From Sminthopsis crassicaudata (lineage: Eukaryota), in assembly GCF_048593235.1 (NCBI RefSeq), contig NC_133620.1, positions 99,264,852-99,328,851 of the forward strand: a DNA stretch of 64,000 nt. Reading direction: 5' to 3'. The notes under the pieces were generated by a model. That model had not been told where the DNA came from, did no database searches, and saw only the letters and a list, made by a program, of their open reading frames with translations. The translations under genes were made by a program, and so were the position numbers. Shown here piece by piece: positions 63,081 through 64,000 of this stretch; the stretch's first letter is position 1; each line of letters begins with the position of its first letter.

Positions 63081-63270
63081 AATATACCCCCTAGAAACTA
63101 AAGGACAAAAAATTGGTGAAGAAAACCCCAGTGAAGCATCATGGATGGATGCTGATTGAGAGATCTCTTTTCCTAGATCAGTAAGCCTCTAAGGTCAAAT
63201 GAATCTGGACCTGATTTTGTGCTTGTGGAATTTGCTAGGTCATTCTGGTATGGGAAGATTCCCTGAAATG
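63081..63270 (+). other. Candidate exon (190 nt), UTR/non-coding or bearing a start codon
   Basis: Acceptor CTTCTTTTCTTTATCTTACAG|A and donor ATG|GTAAGT; stops in all frames early on, then an open MNLDLILCLWNLLGHSGMGRFPEM up to the donor. Confidence 0.45.
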
Positions 63271-63589
63271 GTAAGTGAGGATCTTTGGGGATTGAATGAA
63301 TAGAAAGAGGACACAGAGATTTGGTAAGTAGAGGCAGTTCTAATGGTTCACTGTTTTTTCCCCTTTTTTAAGAGTTAAACTCAACTTGTAAGTAATACAG
63401 GCTGAGTAAACGGCTCATATTTTACTTCATTCCTTCAACAAGAATATGGTAAGTAGGTCCTGCTTAATGATACTAATTGTGATATATATAGTGATGCAGA
63501 GATAAAAAAAACAAATGAAATAACCCATGCCTTTAGAAAACTTCCAATCTATTAGGGATATGGTGACTACTAGATATGAGAGGAGCTAG

Positions 63590-63770
63590 ATGTGCCTCTA
63601 CCTGAACTCAGTTGAATCCAGCCTCAGACATTTACTATTTGTGTGATCCTGGGCAAGTCCCTTAAACCCTGTTTCCTCATCTGAAAATGAGCTGGAGAAG
63701 GAAATGACAACCATTCCATTTTCTTTGCCACAAAACCCCGGAAGTTGTGAAGAGTGGGACACAATTGAAT
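63590..63770 (+). mobile_element. MAR1-type SINE
   Basis: TCCAGCCTCAGACATTTACT...GAGCTGGAGAAGGAAATGACAACCATTCC...AAAACCCC. Confidence 0.8.
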
Positions 63771-64000
63771 TTTTAAAAATGAAAAGGTAAAACTAACCTT
63801 GGCTTTGGAGTTGGAAAACTGGCTTTCTGACCATGGTCAAATGATTTTCAGAGCTTACAGTTTCCCTCTCTACAAAAGGAGGAGATTGAACTAGGTGATT
63901 ATAAAGGCCCTTTTCTGGTCTATGGTTAGCAAAGGAAAGTGATAGGCCATTTTCCCCCCAACAGCATAAATAACTTAGGGGTTAAGGCTGTCTTCTGTCA

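Noticed and set aside
1-64000. CRISPR arrays, rRNA, prokaryotic operons or defence systems
   Set aside because: No regularly spaced repeat-spacer array, no rRNA-like sequence and no gene-dense coding; the window is mammalian repeat-rich DNA.

Overview
This is mammalian, not microbial, DNA. It is an AT-rich, CpG-depleted, repeat-dense stretch of a marsupial genome with 8 N-gaps. The repeat set (WSINE1-type and MAR1-type CORE-SINEs, RTE/BovB-clade pieces, marsupial L1 and HAL1-like elements, an OC1-like hAT MITE) points to a dasyurid, plausibly the Tasmanian devil; this is inference. I could not recognise a host protein-coding exon, rRNA, tRNA gene or CRISPR array. The only clearly protein-like ORFs are L1 ORF1/ORF2 remnants, plus short mariner-transposase and Gypsy-gag-like remnants. 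The window looks like a large intron or an intergenic region with several candidate regulatory elements and candidate exons. The most notable observations are: (1) a young 5'-truncated L1 with a 17-bp TSD and a nearly intact ORF2 C-terminus nested in an older L1; (2) an ORF1-only HAL1-like element; (3) an ancient Gypsy-type LTR with a PBS-like motif and gag remnant; (4) an OC1-like MITE from a horizontally transferred family; (5) a CpG-retaining promoter/first-exon-like island near 19 kb and a strong-splice-site exon at 63.1-63.3 kb followed by four GTAAGT donors in 184 bp; (6) a CpG-retaining inverted-repeat/Smad-like element next to a candidate 13-nt microexon at 32.3-32.5 kb. Repeat family names come from recalled consensus sequences, were not computed, and boundaries are approximate unless a TSD or TIR is quoted. 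I did not find an unambiguous novel system.
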